Assembly: GCA_044376115.1 (NCBI GenBank)
Contig: JBILLK010000010.1
Location: 256,001 to 320,000 of the forward strand
Reading direction: 5' to 3'
From: Polyangiaceae bacterium
GTDB lineage: Bacteria > Myxococcota_A > Polyangia > Polyangiales > Polyangiaceae
Length of the DNA: 64,000 nt
Part shown: piece after piece, positions 47,486 through 57,124 of the stretch
How positions within the stretch are numbered: the stretch's first letter is position 1
Layout: each line of letters begins with the position of its first letter
Position numbers and translations under genes: made by a program
The notes under the pieces: generated by a model
Seen by the model: the letters and a program-made list of their open reading frames with translations, nothing else
Databases searched by the model: none
Told to the model about the DNA's origin: nothing

Positions 47486-48163
47486 TCACTTCGCCGCGCA
47501 CAACGGGCAGCTAGCGACAGCGTGAGGCGCGTCACGACGATGAAGGTCGAGCACGGCGCGTGAAATGGTGGCTAGCTCGCGGCGGACCTCACGCCGTTTA
47601 CCTGCTATCCGCGGAATTACCATATTATCGTAGGCCGTCGTTTGGTGACGCATCCAAGCGATGACCGCCGACTCGGCGCGCTCGGCGATCGGGATGCGCT
47701 CGGTGCGCGCGACCGTGCCGCTGCCCACTGGAGTGGCGTGAACGGTGACGCGCTTGGCCACGCTGCGACCGAGCTCGGCCCAGTGCGGAGAGAAGCGCAA
47801 AAAGCCGAGCACCTCATCCTCGAAGGAGAGGACGTACACCGCTTGCTTGTGCTCCCGCCGCTTTACGTCGGCGACGCGCTTTTTGGCGTAGCCCTCGGTC
47901 GAGCGCTCGGCCTCGAGCGCCGCGCGTGCGCTCTCGACGTTTTCACGAGGCGCCCAAAGGCCCTTGGAGAAGGCCTTGCGCCCCCGCTTCTCGATCACCG
48001 CCCAGGAAGGCCCGGCCGCCTTGACCCGCCGCGTGAGCCCCGCGTCCCCTGGCGGCAGACAGACCCAACCACCCGGGACGACGTACTTGGTGCCGTCGGG
48101 CCCGACGAACTCATTGGGGCGAGCGGTGGGCGCGAGAACGAGGCTTTCGGAGGGAGCTGCCAT
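47486..48163 (-). CDS. DUF2293 family protein
   Basis: GSGTVART, AVIAWMRHQTT.YD and RREVR motifs. Confidence 0.75.
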   Translation of the reverse strand: MAAPSESLVLAPTARPNEFVGPDGTKYVVPGGWVCLPPGDAGLTRRVKAAGPSWAVIEKRGRKAFSKGLWAPRENVESARAALEAERSTEGYAKKRVADVKRREHKQAVYVLSFEDEVLGFLRFSPHWAELGRSVAKRVTVHATPVGSGTVARTERIPIAERAESAVIAWMRHQTTAYDNMVIPRIAGKRREVRRELATISRAVLDLHRRDAPHAVASCPLCAAK

Positions 48164-48241
48164 GGGTCAAAAGCGCTATGCCACGACCCGCCGGCAGAGC
48201 GCTAGTCCTAGGCTCGAAAGCGTCTTCGGCTCGTCGCGCAG

Positions 48242-48284
48242 AACAAACAGAAAGAGCCACGTACTCTCGCGAGGACGTGGCTCT
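48242..48284 (-). terminator. Intrinsic terminator of rpsA
   Basis: AGAGCCACGT...ACGTGGCTCT stem followed on the minus strand by TTCTGTTTGTT. Confidence 0.75.
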
Positions 48285-48318
48285 CGTTACTGGCGCTGGA
48301 GTCACCTCCAGCCCAGGT

Positions 48319-50028
48319 TCACTTCAGCTCGAGCTTGCCGCCGAGCTTCTCCTTGATCAGGTCGCCGAGGGTACCAGCGGGCTTCGCTGACTCCTCTTGA
48401 ACCTTGCGCGGAGCGGGAGCGGGACGCTCGGCGCCGATGTTCTTGGAGGTCAAGAACACGCGACGCTCGGAGGTATCCAAGCTCATCATCTCGGCGCGGA
48501 TGGTGTCTCCGGCCTTGGCCTTCTGACCCTCCTCATCGAGCTCCTCTTTGGCGATGAAGCCCTCGACACCCTCTCGGAGTCGAACGAACAGACCGTAATC
48601 CACGACCGAGATGATGAGGGCGTCGTCGAAGACGCGACCCATCGGGAACTCGGTGTGCATCGAGGGCCACGGATCATCCCAGAGCTGCTTGATGCCGAGG
48701 GAGACCTTCTTCTCGTCGTGGTTGATCGAGAGGATGATGGCCTCGACGTCGTCGCCCTTCTTGTACAGATCGCTCGGGTTGTTGGCCCGGACGCTCCACG
48801 ACAAGTCGCTGCGGTGAACCATGCCGTCCACGCCCTCTTCGATCCCGACGAATACGCCGTAATCGGTGATGGAGCGGACCTTGCCCGCGATCTTGTCGCC
48901 GGGGTTGTACTTGTCGGTGAAGACCATCCAGGGATCGGGCTCGAGCTGCTTGAGACCGAGGCTGATGCGCTTGGCGCGCGCGTCGACCTCGAGCACCTGG
49001 CACTCGACCTCTTGCGTCAGCTCGAGGAGCTTGGAGGGGTGCTTGACCTTCTTGGTCCAGCTCATCTCGCTGACGTGGATGAGACCTTCCACGCCCGGCT
49101 CCAGCTCGACGAAGGCGCCATAGTCCGTGATGGACATGACCTTGCCGCGAACCTTCTTGCCGGCGGGGTACGCCTCTTCCGCGTGATTCCAGGGATCTTC
49201 CTGGGTCTGCTTGAGGCCGAGGCTGACGCGCTCGGTCTCGGGGTTGTACTTGAGGACCTTGACGGTGACCTCGTCGCCAACCTGGAAGACCTCGTTCGGG
49301 TGGTTGACGCGACCCCACGACATATCCGTGATGTGGAGCAGGCCGTCGATGCCGCCGAGGTCCACGAACGCACCGTACTCGGTGATGTTCTTGATGGTGC
49401 CTTTGACGGTCATGCCCTCGGTCAGGGTCTGCAGCGTCTTCTGCTTCATCTCATCGCGTTCACGCTCCAAAAGGACGCGTCGCGAGAGCACGATGTTGCC
49501 GCGCTTCTTGTTGAACTTGATGACCTTGAAACGGTAGGTCTGGCCGATCAACTTATCGAGGTTGCGGATGGGGCGCAGGTCGACCTGTGAGCCGGGGAGG
49601 AACGCCTTGACGCCACCTTTGATGGTAACGGATAGGCCGCCCTTCACGCGCTGGCTGATGGTCCCCTCGATGAGCTCGTCCGCTTCACAAGCGTTCGAGA
49701 TCTCGTCCCACACCTTCATCTTGTCAGCCTTCTCTTTGGAAAGCGTGACGAGACCGTCGTCGTTCTCTCGACTCTCGATGTAGACGTCTACCGTGTCCCC
49801 TGCCTTCACCGTCACGGTGCCCGTGGCGTCGATGAATTCCTTCAGGGGGATGGCACCTTCGCTCTTGCCGCCGATATCGACGACAACAGTGTCGCGATTG
49901 ACGGCGACGATGGTGCCTACAACTATCTCACCTTCATTACCGAAATCGCCCTCGGCGATGCTCTGCTCGAAAAGAGCGGCAAACGAGTCCATACCTTCGT
50001 CTGCTGCTGCGGTTTGGGTTTGGTTCAT
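48319..50028 (-). CDS. rpsA: 30S ribosomal protein S1
   Basis: Tandem S1 domains (YGAFVDLGGIDGLLH, AFLPGSQVD); biased codon usage. Confidence 0.97.
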   Translation of the reverse strand: MNQTQTAAADEGMDSFAALFEQSIAEGDFGNEGEIVVGTIVAVNRDTVVVDIGGKSEGAIPLKEFIDATGTVTVKAGDTVDVYIESRENDDGLVTLSKEKADKMKVWDEISNACEADELIEGTISQRVKGGLSVTIKGGVKAFLPGSQVDLRPIRNLDKLIGQTYRFKVIKFNKKRGNIVLSRRVLLERERDEMKQKTLQTLTEGMTVKGTIKNITEYGAFVDLGGIDGLLHITDMSWGRVNHPNEVFQVGDEVTVKVLKYNPETERVSLGLKQTQEDPWNHAEEAYPAGKKVRGKVMSITDYGAFVELEPGVEGLIHVSEMSWTKKVKHPSKLLELTQEVECQVLEVDARAKRISLGLKQLEPDPWMVFTDKYNPGDKIAGKVRSITDYGVFVGIEEGVDGMVHRSDLSWSVRANNPSDLYKKGDDVEAIILSINHDEKKVSLGIKQLWDDPWPSMHTEFPMGRVFDDALIISVVDYGLFVRLREGVEGFIAKEELDEEGQKAKAGDTIRAEMMSLDTSERRVFLTSKNIGAERPAPAPRKVQEESAKPAGTLGDLIKEKLGGKLELK

Positions 50029-50081
50029 GCTGTTGGTTTAACTTCCTTCTTCTCGGCACTTTCCGTGCAGCGAGGCTGGCC

Positions 50082-50110
50082 GGAATAGTCTTCCCTCGGG
50101 GCCATGTCAA
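50082..50110 (-). promoter_or_regulatory. Putative sigma70 promoter for rpsA
   Basis: TTGACA-N17-TATTCC on the minus strand. Confidence 0.55.
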
Positions 50111-50198
50111 CGCGGGGACCAGGCGAGAGCGCCCGTTCAGGGCTTTGCTTTGGGCCTGCGCAGGCGAGCTTGAAGACAAGGTGTAGGAGATCCGCCTA

Positions 50199-52036
50199 TT
50201 GTTCGCCCATGAGCGAAGGTCGCAACGACCTCGACACCCCGCTTCCGATAGGCCAGCGAGTGGGCCGCGAGCCAGTGCGACCGGGCTCCTGCTGCCCGAC
50301 CGCTACGTTGCCCCGTCGCGCATCGCCAGCGGCGGGATGGGGGAGATTTGGCGCTTTCGCGATGCGCGGCTCGGTCGCGACGTCGTGCTCAAGCGACTGC
50401 ACACGGAGGCTGGTGGTCGGCTCGAGGCGCGGCTGGCCTTCGAGAAGGAGGCCCAACTCCAGGCTTCGCTCGGCCACCCAGGCATCGTCTCGGTCTTCGA
50501 TTTGGCGGAGGACGAGCTCGGCCAGGCTTACTTCACGATGCAGGAGGTCCAGGGAACGACCTTGGCCGACGCGCTTGAAAGCGTGCCCACCTCGCCTAGC
50601 CGCTCGCCTTGGTCGCGCCGTTCCTTGCTCGAGGTGCTGGCGCGCGTGAGCCTCACCGTCGCGTTTGCGCACCAGCGTGGCGTGCTGCATCTCGACCTCA
50701 AGCCGGAGAACATCATGCTGGGTCACTTCGGCGAGGTGTATGTGCTCGATTGGGGCATCGCCCGGCGCACGAGCGACGCGCCCAGCGAGGCAGAAGGCGC
50801 CGCCCTGCTCGGAACCTTGCCGTACATGTCGCCGGAGCAAGCGCGCCAAGAACCGCCCGACGAGCGCTCCGACGTTTTCGCCCTGGGTGCGATTCTGTTC
50901 GAGCTGCTGAGCGCGGGTCAGGCATGTCCGAACTGCTGCGTTTGGCTCGCAAGGACCCACAAGCGGGTGCGCGGCTGAGCGCGGCGGGAGTGCCCTACGA
51001 GCTCGTGGTGTTATGCGCCAAAGCCACCGCCTTCGACAAGGCCGATAGAATGCCGACCGCGCTCGCGTTTCATGCGGCGCTCGAGAGCTGGCTCGACGGG
51101 GAGCGCGACCTTGGCCGCCGACGCGAGGAAGCGGAACGCTCGCTGGCCAAAGCGCGTGCAGCGCATGAAGCGGGAGAGCCCTTACCCGTGGTCATGCGCC
51201 AATTGAGCCGCGCGGTGGCGCTCGCGCCGGACCACGAGCCCGCGTTAGCGCTGCTCTCGACGATGATGCTCGAGGCGGCGCAAGCAGTGCCCGAAGGCGC
51301 CAGACGCGAGCTGGAGCGCGAAGCCGAGGCGGCGGGAAAACGTGGGGCCCTGCTCGGGTTACTCACCTATGCCGCGTGGTTCTGCATGCTTCCGTTGGCG
51401 CTATTCGTCGGAGTCAAGTCGTTCGCCGCGCTGGCGCTGATCGTGGTACCCGCACTCGCCGCGATGGTGGTTTCAGCGTGGGCCTATCGCAAAGGTTGGA
51501 GCAACGGACGACTCGCTGCGGCCATTGTCTCGAGCTTCGTATGCATCGCCGGATTTGCCGCCGCGTTTGGACCGCTGCTGGTTTTACCGGGACTGCTGAC
51601 GGCCAACATCATGCCGTTGCTCCATCTTTCGGGCGAGCGGCCGCGCTTCAAGCATTTGGTGCTGACCTGCGCCTTGCTTGGTCTGGCCATTCCACTCGGG
51701 CTTGAGTGGCTTGGAGTGGTACCTCCTTCCTACGCCTGGCGCGATGGGACGATGACTGTGTTGCCTCGGCTGATCGACCTGCCGCCGGTTGGCTCGACCA
51801 TCATCTTATTGGTCGGCTCCGTGCTCAACATCTTCTCTTGTCACTTCACCGTGGCGGCCTCGGTACAGCAGCAGCTGCGCGCACGGACCGAGGCGCTCTC
51901 GCAAACGCATGTCATGCAGGAGGTCATGCCGGAGGCGCTGCGCGCGGTCGCGCCGCGGCGTCTCGAGGGGGACTTCGCCGCGAGCGGTCGAGATTCTCTG
52001 GCGCCTATGAACGCGGGACGGCCGTCAAGCTACTGA
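50199..52036 (+). pseudogene. Frameshifted Ser/Thr kinase with C-terminal multi-TM region (or a sequence error)
   Basis: Kinase subdomains I-IX are in ORF 50199-50978. The continuation (VP.EL..LC.KATA.D.ADR plus TM helices) is in the frame of ORF 50609-52036. The switch is near 50912. Confidence 0.75.
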
Positions 52037-52042
52037 CAGGGC

Positions 52043-52357
52043 GTGGTTCAGTTCCTTAAGCGAATGTTCGGTGCAGAAGCCAGCAAGATCCCGCCCATCT
52101 TGGTGCGGCTGCGCACACGGACGAAGAGTCAGGAGCCTGGTTTCGCCGAGGGCTCGGTGCTGGTGGAAGCACAATGGGACTCGGCCCAAGCGCCTCAACG
52201 CTGGCTGACGCAAGCAGCTCAGGGCCTTTGCATCATTCCCTGGCAGCAAGGCCGCAGGGTTCGCCTGCGCTTCTCCCATCATTCGGCGAGCGGCGAGCTC
52301 GAGCTTACCCACCATGAAGCTCAGGCAGGCTCGGCCGCAGAGCTCTGGCTGGCCTAA
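52043..52357 (+). CDS. Hypothetical protein
   Basis: 104-aa ORF filling the gap between the kinase and the convergent SDR gene; no motif recognised. Confidence 0.5.
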   Translation: MVQFLKRMFGAEASKIPPILVRLRTRTKSQEPGFAEGSVLVEAQWDSAQAPQRWLTQAAQGLCIIPWQQGRRVRLRFSHHSASGELELTHHEAQAGSAAELWLA

Positions 52358-53400
52358 CTCGGCTGGAACCGCGCCTTGAGCAGCCGCCCGAGTTTGCGCA
52401 GGATCAGCGCATCCGCGAGCCCTGGGAACAGCGCGTTGAGGCTGGCGAGCAGCCGCGTCGAAAAGCCCATGGTCTGTACCGTGCGGCCCATCAAAAGCGC
52501 CTGCAGGACGAAGTCGGCGACCGCCGCGGTCGGTACAGGCCGAGTTCCCATCGCGGTCCAGAGCTCAGCGTACGGACGCTCGGCCGCAGTATCCGCAGGC
52601 GCTGGAGAAACGAACACCAACCGTGAGGGGTTTGCCTCCAGATCGAGTTCACGATTGATCGACTCACAGAAAGCAGCCAACCCCGCGCGGGCCGCGACAT
52701 CTGCGCTGTAGTAGGGAAACGCGAGCCGCCCGTCGCCGAAGCCACCAAGCAGTGCGATGGTCCCGCCCTGCTCCAGCCGAGGGAGAAAGGCTTTGCTTAT
52801 GAGCATCGGCGCGCGCAGGTCGATCGCCAGCTGCTTGTCGATCTCCTCGATCGTGTGCTCGCTGAAGGCCTTCCGAACATCGACACCTGCAGCACAGACC
52901 ACGTGATCAATCGGGCCTTGCGCACGAATGCGCTCGGCCGCCTGCTCGATCGAATGGTGATCACTGAGCTCCATGAACTCATGGGAAGCAGAAAGCTCTT
53001 TCGCCAGTCCGTCCTGGTCGGCTGAACTGCGCGTCACCAGCACTGGACTCGCTCCTTCGCGATGCAGCGCCCGCGCGATGGCCGAGCCAAGTCCGCCGTT
53101 CGCGCCAATCACCACCACACGCTTGTTGGCGAAGCTACCCCCGCGATCCACCCTCGGTCGACGAAACCGCGCCAAGGCCTGGGCGCCCAGCACGAGACTG
53201 GCGCCCCAAAAGAGTGCCTCTCCGACCGCGATACAAACTCCTGCCAACGCCACGCGCGAAGCGGCCTCGAGAGGCAAGAACGGCACGACCAGAAAGGCCG
53301 CAAACCAAACTGGGAACGACAGGATCACCGCAGCCCAAGCGAGCTTGATGAGCCAACGCGGCTTCGCCTTTGGGGCGCCAGTCGAGGTGACTTTGGTCAT
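52354..53400 (-). CDS. Two-TM 'transporter suffix'-like domain fused to an atypical SDR oxidoreductase
   Basis: N-terminal W...VVPFLPL......GEALFW...LVLG; Rossmann motif GANGGLG; YYSADVAARAG at the YxxxK position. Confidence 0.75.
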   Translation of the reverse strand: MTKVTSTGAPKAKPRWLIKLAWAAVILSFPVWFAAFLVVPFLPLEAASRVALAGVCIAVGEALFWGASLVLGAQALARFRRPRVDRGGSFANKRVVVIGANGGLGSAIARALHREGASPVLVTRSSADQDGLAKELSASHEFMELSDHHSIEQAAERIRAQGPIDHVVCAAGVDVRKAFSEHTIEEIDKQLAIDLRAPMLISKAFLPRLEQGGTIALLGGFGDGRLAFPYYSADVAARAGLAAFCESINRELDLEANPSRLVFVSPAPADTAAERPYAELWTAMGTRPVPTAAVADFVLQALLMGRTVQTMGFSTRLLASLNALFPGLADALILRKLGRLLKARFQPS

Positions 53401-54035
53401 GCTGACCTCTTGGACCGAGCAGCTTTCGCCAGCGTGCGCTTCGCTGAGGTAGCTGCCTTCGACGTACGCTTCGCTGGGGCCTTATCGGAGCTCTGGCGTT
53501 CCCGTCGCCTACTCCCTGAATCCCCCTGCTTACGATAGAGCTGCAAAAGACGCTCGGCCAAGAGCCGACGCTCGGCTTTGGAAGGTGGCGCAAGCTCGAG
53601 CAGATCCGCCATGAACAAGCCGTCGAGGGCGAGCCGCACCACGAGCGCCGAGGTCCTGTCTCCGCATTCTGCCAAGAGCTTGGCGTCCCACTCTGGATAA
53701 CGAGCCCGAAGCGGCGCGATCAGCGCCGGGGCCATAGCGACGGCCGCGAGAAGCCCAACCGCCGTACGAACCTGCTCCGGATCCTCTGCGACCGAGGCGC
53801 GAATGTAGCTTTCGCCAAATGCGTCGGGAGAAAGGCGCTGATCGAAGCTCTCGAGCATGCTTTGAAGCAGGGCGGAGACCAGTTCCTCCTTGGACGCAAA
53901 GTGATAGAGCAGGCCGCCTTTGCTGACCTTGGCCTCTGCTGCCACGGCGTCCAGCGTAAGTGAACTGGACCCCAACCGCTGAATGACACGACCCGCAGCG
54001 GCCAACAGGGACTCGCGCTTCGAGGGTTTGGGCAT
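53397..54035 (-). CDS. TetR-family regulator
   Basis: LTLDAVAAEA.VSKGGLLYHF.SKE; ATGA overlap with the SDR gene. Confidence 0.93.
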   Translation of the reverse strand: MPKPSKRESLLAAAGRVIQRLGSSSLTLDAVAAEAKVSKGGLLYHFASKEELVSALLQSMLESFDQRLSPDAFGESYIRASVAEDPEQVRTAVGLLAAVAMAPALIAPLRARYPEWDAKLLAECGDRTSALVVRLALDGLFMADLLELAPPSKAERRLLAERLLQLYRKQGDSGSRRRERQSSDKAPAKRTSKAATSAKRTLAKAARSKRSA

Positions 54036-54041
54036 TGAGAA

Positions 54042-54070
54042 TATATACCGTCCAGACGGTACAGTTTCAA
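54042..54070 (-). promoter_or_regulatory. Sigma70 promoter with embedded TetR operator
   Basis: TTGAAA-N17-TATATA, 6 nt before the ATG; perfect palindrome TACCGTC-ca-GACGGTA (54046-54061) lies between -35 and -10. Confidence 0.78.
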
Positions 54071-54201
54071 GCCGTGCAAAGAATGACGCACGCAGCGGTA
54101 TCCCACTGCGTCAGATCACAACCCTCGACCGACAAAGCGACCCCGCCGGCAACCTCTTCCGAAGCCAAGACAAAACAGACCGCGACAAACCCTGGTCCCC
54201 T

Positions 54202-54223
54202 CTCCCCTGCATGGTTGCAGCTC
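54202..54223 (+). repeat. 22-bp exact direct repeat (second copy at 54543-54564)
   Basis: CTCCCCTGCATGGTTGCAGCTC occurs twice, 341 bp apart. Confidence 0.85.
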
Positions 54224-54540
54224 AGAGCTGATCCAAACGAGACTCGTTGCTTGGTTCCGTGAAGGGCGGCGAATGAATCCGTACCGCGACGAAGTGTTTG
54301 GACCTCCACCTGAGATATGACTCGAGATCGCGACAGCGCGTGCGCGACCGGAGAAGCCCCGGTCCCCGCAGGGCTTGGGCTGGTCCGCTGCTATCTGCCA
54401 TAGCGTGCTACGGCTTTGCCCTCGTGAGGAAGCTGATCGCTAGGTATGTATCGGCAGTTGCATGGCTCTTAACACCCAGACGGCTTGGGGTCGTTTTGCT
54501 TCTGTCGGCGAGCCTTTTAATCCGCGCGTCGAACGCAACA

Positions 54541-54764
54541 GCCTCCCCTGCATGGTTGCAGCTCCAAGCCTTCCCCGAGGCACTAGCCCACTCCCGTACT
54601 AACCAGAAGCCACAGCCCAGGCTAAGTTCAGCCAATAGCGGCCAAACCTCCAGCCATGGCGATAACGCCCAAGCGGCTGCCCCCTCCAGCCACGCGCCGA
54701 GCGAAGCGAGAAGCCTGGCTAAGGAGGGGGAGCGCGCACAGCGAAGCGAGCACGCGGGGGAGGC
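54541..54764. repeat. REP/MITE-like palindromic extragenic element
   Basis: Imperfect 14-bp terminal inverted repeats (GCCTCCCCTGCATG / CACGCGGGGGAGGC); internal CCCCCTCCAGCCA..TGGCTAAGGAGGGGG hairpin; two AGCGAAGCGAG copies. Confidence 0.55.
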
Positions 54765-54774
54765 ATATCCAGCG

Positions 54775-56130
54775 TCAGACCAAGCCGACCCTGCGCGCCA
54801 GGTCCGAGGTGAACACCGTCTTCGGATCGTACTTCGCTTTGATCGAGCGGAACTCGGGCAAGCGCGGGTACATCGCTGAGAAGGTCGCGGCGTCGAGGAA
54901 GGCGTCTTTGCCGAGATAGATGCGACCACCGGCTTCGCGAACCATCGCGTCCAGCCGCTTGGTGAGCGCAGCGGTGCCCTCGCGGATCGGGAAGTCGATG
55001 GCGAAGGTGTAGCCCTCGAAGGGAAAGGAGAGATGCCCTCCGCTGGCAGCGCCCATGCGCTTGAGGATGTTCAAGAACGGCAGACTGCCCGACGAGACGA
55101 TGGCCTCCAGGATGCTGCGCATTACCTGACGCCCACCCTCCATCGGGATCACGAACTGGTACTGGGTAAAGCCGCTCGGCCCGTAACCGCGGTTCCAATG
55201 CGCTACCGCGTCGAGCGGGTAGAAGAACTTCTCGTAATGTGCAATCGCCCCGGCCTTCGCCAAGACCGTCTTGATCACGCCGTTCACGAGACGCGCCGTA
55301 AGCGGGTTGAGCGTCGCCGACGGCAACTCGAAGGGCACGCCGACCAAAGCACCGCCTGAGAGCCGCAACGGCTCGGAGCGAAGCTTGGCCGGGAGATCCT
55401 CCACACGCGCGTGGTCACCGACCGTCAGCACACCGCGACCAAGGCGAGCCCCCGTCGCGATCGGATCGATGTAGGCCACCGAGTACGGATAGAGCGAGTC
55501 GGTCTCGGCGAAGGCGTCGAGCATCTGCTCGAGGTCGTTCACCACGATCGCCTTTTGCCGGTAGTACGTCGTCTCGATCTTGCGCAGGAGGATGGTGGCC
55601 TCCACCACGATGCCGAGCAGCCCCATCCCGCCGAAGCTAGCCCAGAACAGATCCTCGTTCTCGCTGCGACTCGCCGTGACCACGCTGCCGTCGGCCAGGA
55701 GCACCCGCATCGACACCACCGAGCGCGCGAACGAGCCCTGCGCGTGATGCCCTTTGCCGTGCACGTCATTGGCGATGCAACCACCGACGGTGACGAACTT
55801 GGTGCCGGGCGTGATCATCGGGAAAAAGCCGCGCGGGCCGAAGGCGCTGATGATGCGGGCCAAACTCACGCCGCCTTCACACTGCAGCGTGCCGGTCGCC
55901 TCGTCGAAGTTCATGAAGCGATCGAGCCGGTGCAGGCCCATCACTTGGCCGCCCGAGTTCATCGCCGGGTCCCCGTAACTTCGGCCGAGACCACGCGGGA
56001 TTGACCCGCGCTGATCGAGCGCGCGCCCGACCTCGCTCACCGTTTCCGGCTCGACCAGTTGGCTGAACCCACGCGGATAGAGCCCCCAACCAGAGACCTC
56101 GACCGAAGGCACGTCACGAGCTGCGGTCAT
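54775..56130 (-). CDS. FAD-linked oxidoreductase, DprE1 (decaprenylphosphoryl-ribose oxidase)-like
   Basis: RGLGRSYGD, PGTKFVTVGG.IANDVHGK.HH, FFYPLD, WNRGYG..GF.QYQ and YLGKD motifs. Confidence 0.88.
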   Translation of the reverse strand: MTAARDVPSVEVSGWGLYPRGFSQLVEPETVSEVGRALDQRGSIPRGLGRSYGDPAMNSGGQVMGLHRLDRFMNFDEATGTLQCEGGVSLARIISAFGPRGFFPMITPGTKFVTVGGCIANDVHGKGHHAQGSFARSVVSMRVLLADGSVVTASRSENEDLFWASFGGMGLLGIVVEATILLRKIETTYYRQKAIVVNDLEQMLDAFAETDSLYPYSVAYIDPIATGARLGRGVLTVGDHARVEDLPAKLRSEPLRLSGGALVGVPFELPSATLNPLTARLVNGVIKTVLAKAGAIAHYEKFFYPLDAVAHWNRGYGPSGFTQYQFVIPMEGGRQVMRSILEAIVSSGSLPFLNILKRMGAASGGHLSFPFEGYTFAIDFPIREGTAALTKRLDAMVREAGGRIYLGKDAFLDAATFSAMYPRLPEFRSIKAKYDPKTVFTSDLARRVGLV

Positions 56131-57059
56131 CAGCGACGCATCTCCACGCGCCGTTGCACCATGCCGCTCTTCATCACCATGTCGTAGGCCTCCTTCTCGA
56201 GCATGGGGTGGACGCCTCGCGGGGAGACGCCGCCCGGGTGCTTCTTGCGCGTGACGAAGCCCATCAGATACTGCACGTTCATCGCCTTCAGGTCCTGCAA
56301 CACCTTGCGCATCTGCTTGGTGTTGTTGGCCCAGGCGTAGGCGAAGGCCTTGGCTCGCAAGAGCTGCGGCTTGAGGTCCTCGAAGGCGGCATCCGAGAGA
56401 TCGAACTTCTCGAGCAGCTCGACAGCGCGCTTGGCCTCTCCCGAACGGGCGAAGGCTTCACCGACGATCGCCGTCAGCGTGGCGCGCGACTTGACCTCAC
56501 TGTGTCGCCCGAGATCGATCTTATCGACCAGGTCTTTCGCCTCGTCGGTCTCACCGAGGATGAGGTGAATCATCGCCCGCTGGGCTCGAGCCTCATCTGC
56601 CACCGGGGCCATCACCTTGACCAGGTTGATCTGCTCGAGCGTGGCCAACGCCTTGCGCGGATCCTCCTGCATCTCCAGCTGGGCCTTGGCGAAGATCGCG
56701 GCCGTATCGTCCTTCTTGAAGTTGCTGTTGAGCTTCTCCAGCGCCTCTTTGCGGCCCTCCGGCGTGTCAGCGTTCTGGAGGATTTGCACCACGGCGCGCG
56801 AGCGCTGCGCGTAGCGCACGGCCCAGATCGTGATGCCGATCAGCGCAAGCGTGATCACGCCCATGATCGCCGGCAAGATCCAGCCGCCAACCCAAATGGC
56901 GAAGGCCCACCCGAGCAGCACCGGAATACCGATCCGCAGGCCCATCTTGCGAAGGTTCTCGGACGAAAGCGGGTCCGGTGCGACCTGCTTCTTGCGCGAA
57001 TCGGTGACGAGCTTCTCTCGCTCTTTGGCTGCGAGCTTATTGGATGAAGGCTTTGCCAC
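56130..57059 (-). CDS. Membrane-anchored TPR-like helical protein
   Basis: Two N-terminal TM helices followed by helical repeats; TGATG coupling with the downstream gene. Confidence 0.7.
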   Translation of the reverse strand: MAKPSSNKLAAKEREKLVTDSRKKQVAPDPLSSENLRKMGLRIGIPVLLGWAFAIWVGGWILPAIMGVITLALIGITIWAVRYAQRSRAVVQILQNADTPEGRKEALEKLNSNFKKDDTAAIFAKAQLEMQEDPRKALATLEQINLVKVMAPVADEARAQRAMIHLILGETDEAKDLVDKIDLGRHSEVKSRATLTAIVGEAFARSGEAKRAVELLEKFDLSDAAFEDLKPQLLRAKAFAYAWANNTKQMRKVLQDLKAMNVQYLMGFVTRKKHPGGVSPRGVHPMLEKEAYDMVMKSGMVQRRVEMRR

Positions 57060-57124
57060 AGGAACTCTCCGCGTCCCGAGTGCGGGACTGGGAGGCTCTT
57101 AGTTCCACGCCCCGGGGGTGGGAA

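Noticed and set aside
48397..49590. 397-aa plus-strand ORF
   Set aside because: Antisense shadow of rpsA caused by GC-biased codon usage; no motifs.
54129..54508. Possible RNase P RNA or tmRNA
   Set aside because: The length fits, but the conserved GAGGAAAGUCC motif and tRNA-like ends are absent on both strands.
54202..54564. 22-bp direct repeat as a mini-CRISPR or att sites
   Set aside because: Only two copies, 341 bp apart; no cas or integrase gene.
54298..54929. ORFs of 193 aa (+) and 173 aa (-) over the intergenic gap
   Set aside because: Both overlap the DprE1-like gene and run through repeat DNA; no recognisable domain.
56154..57047. 297-aa plus-strand ORF
   Set aside because: Antisense to the coupled TPR-like gene.
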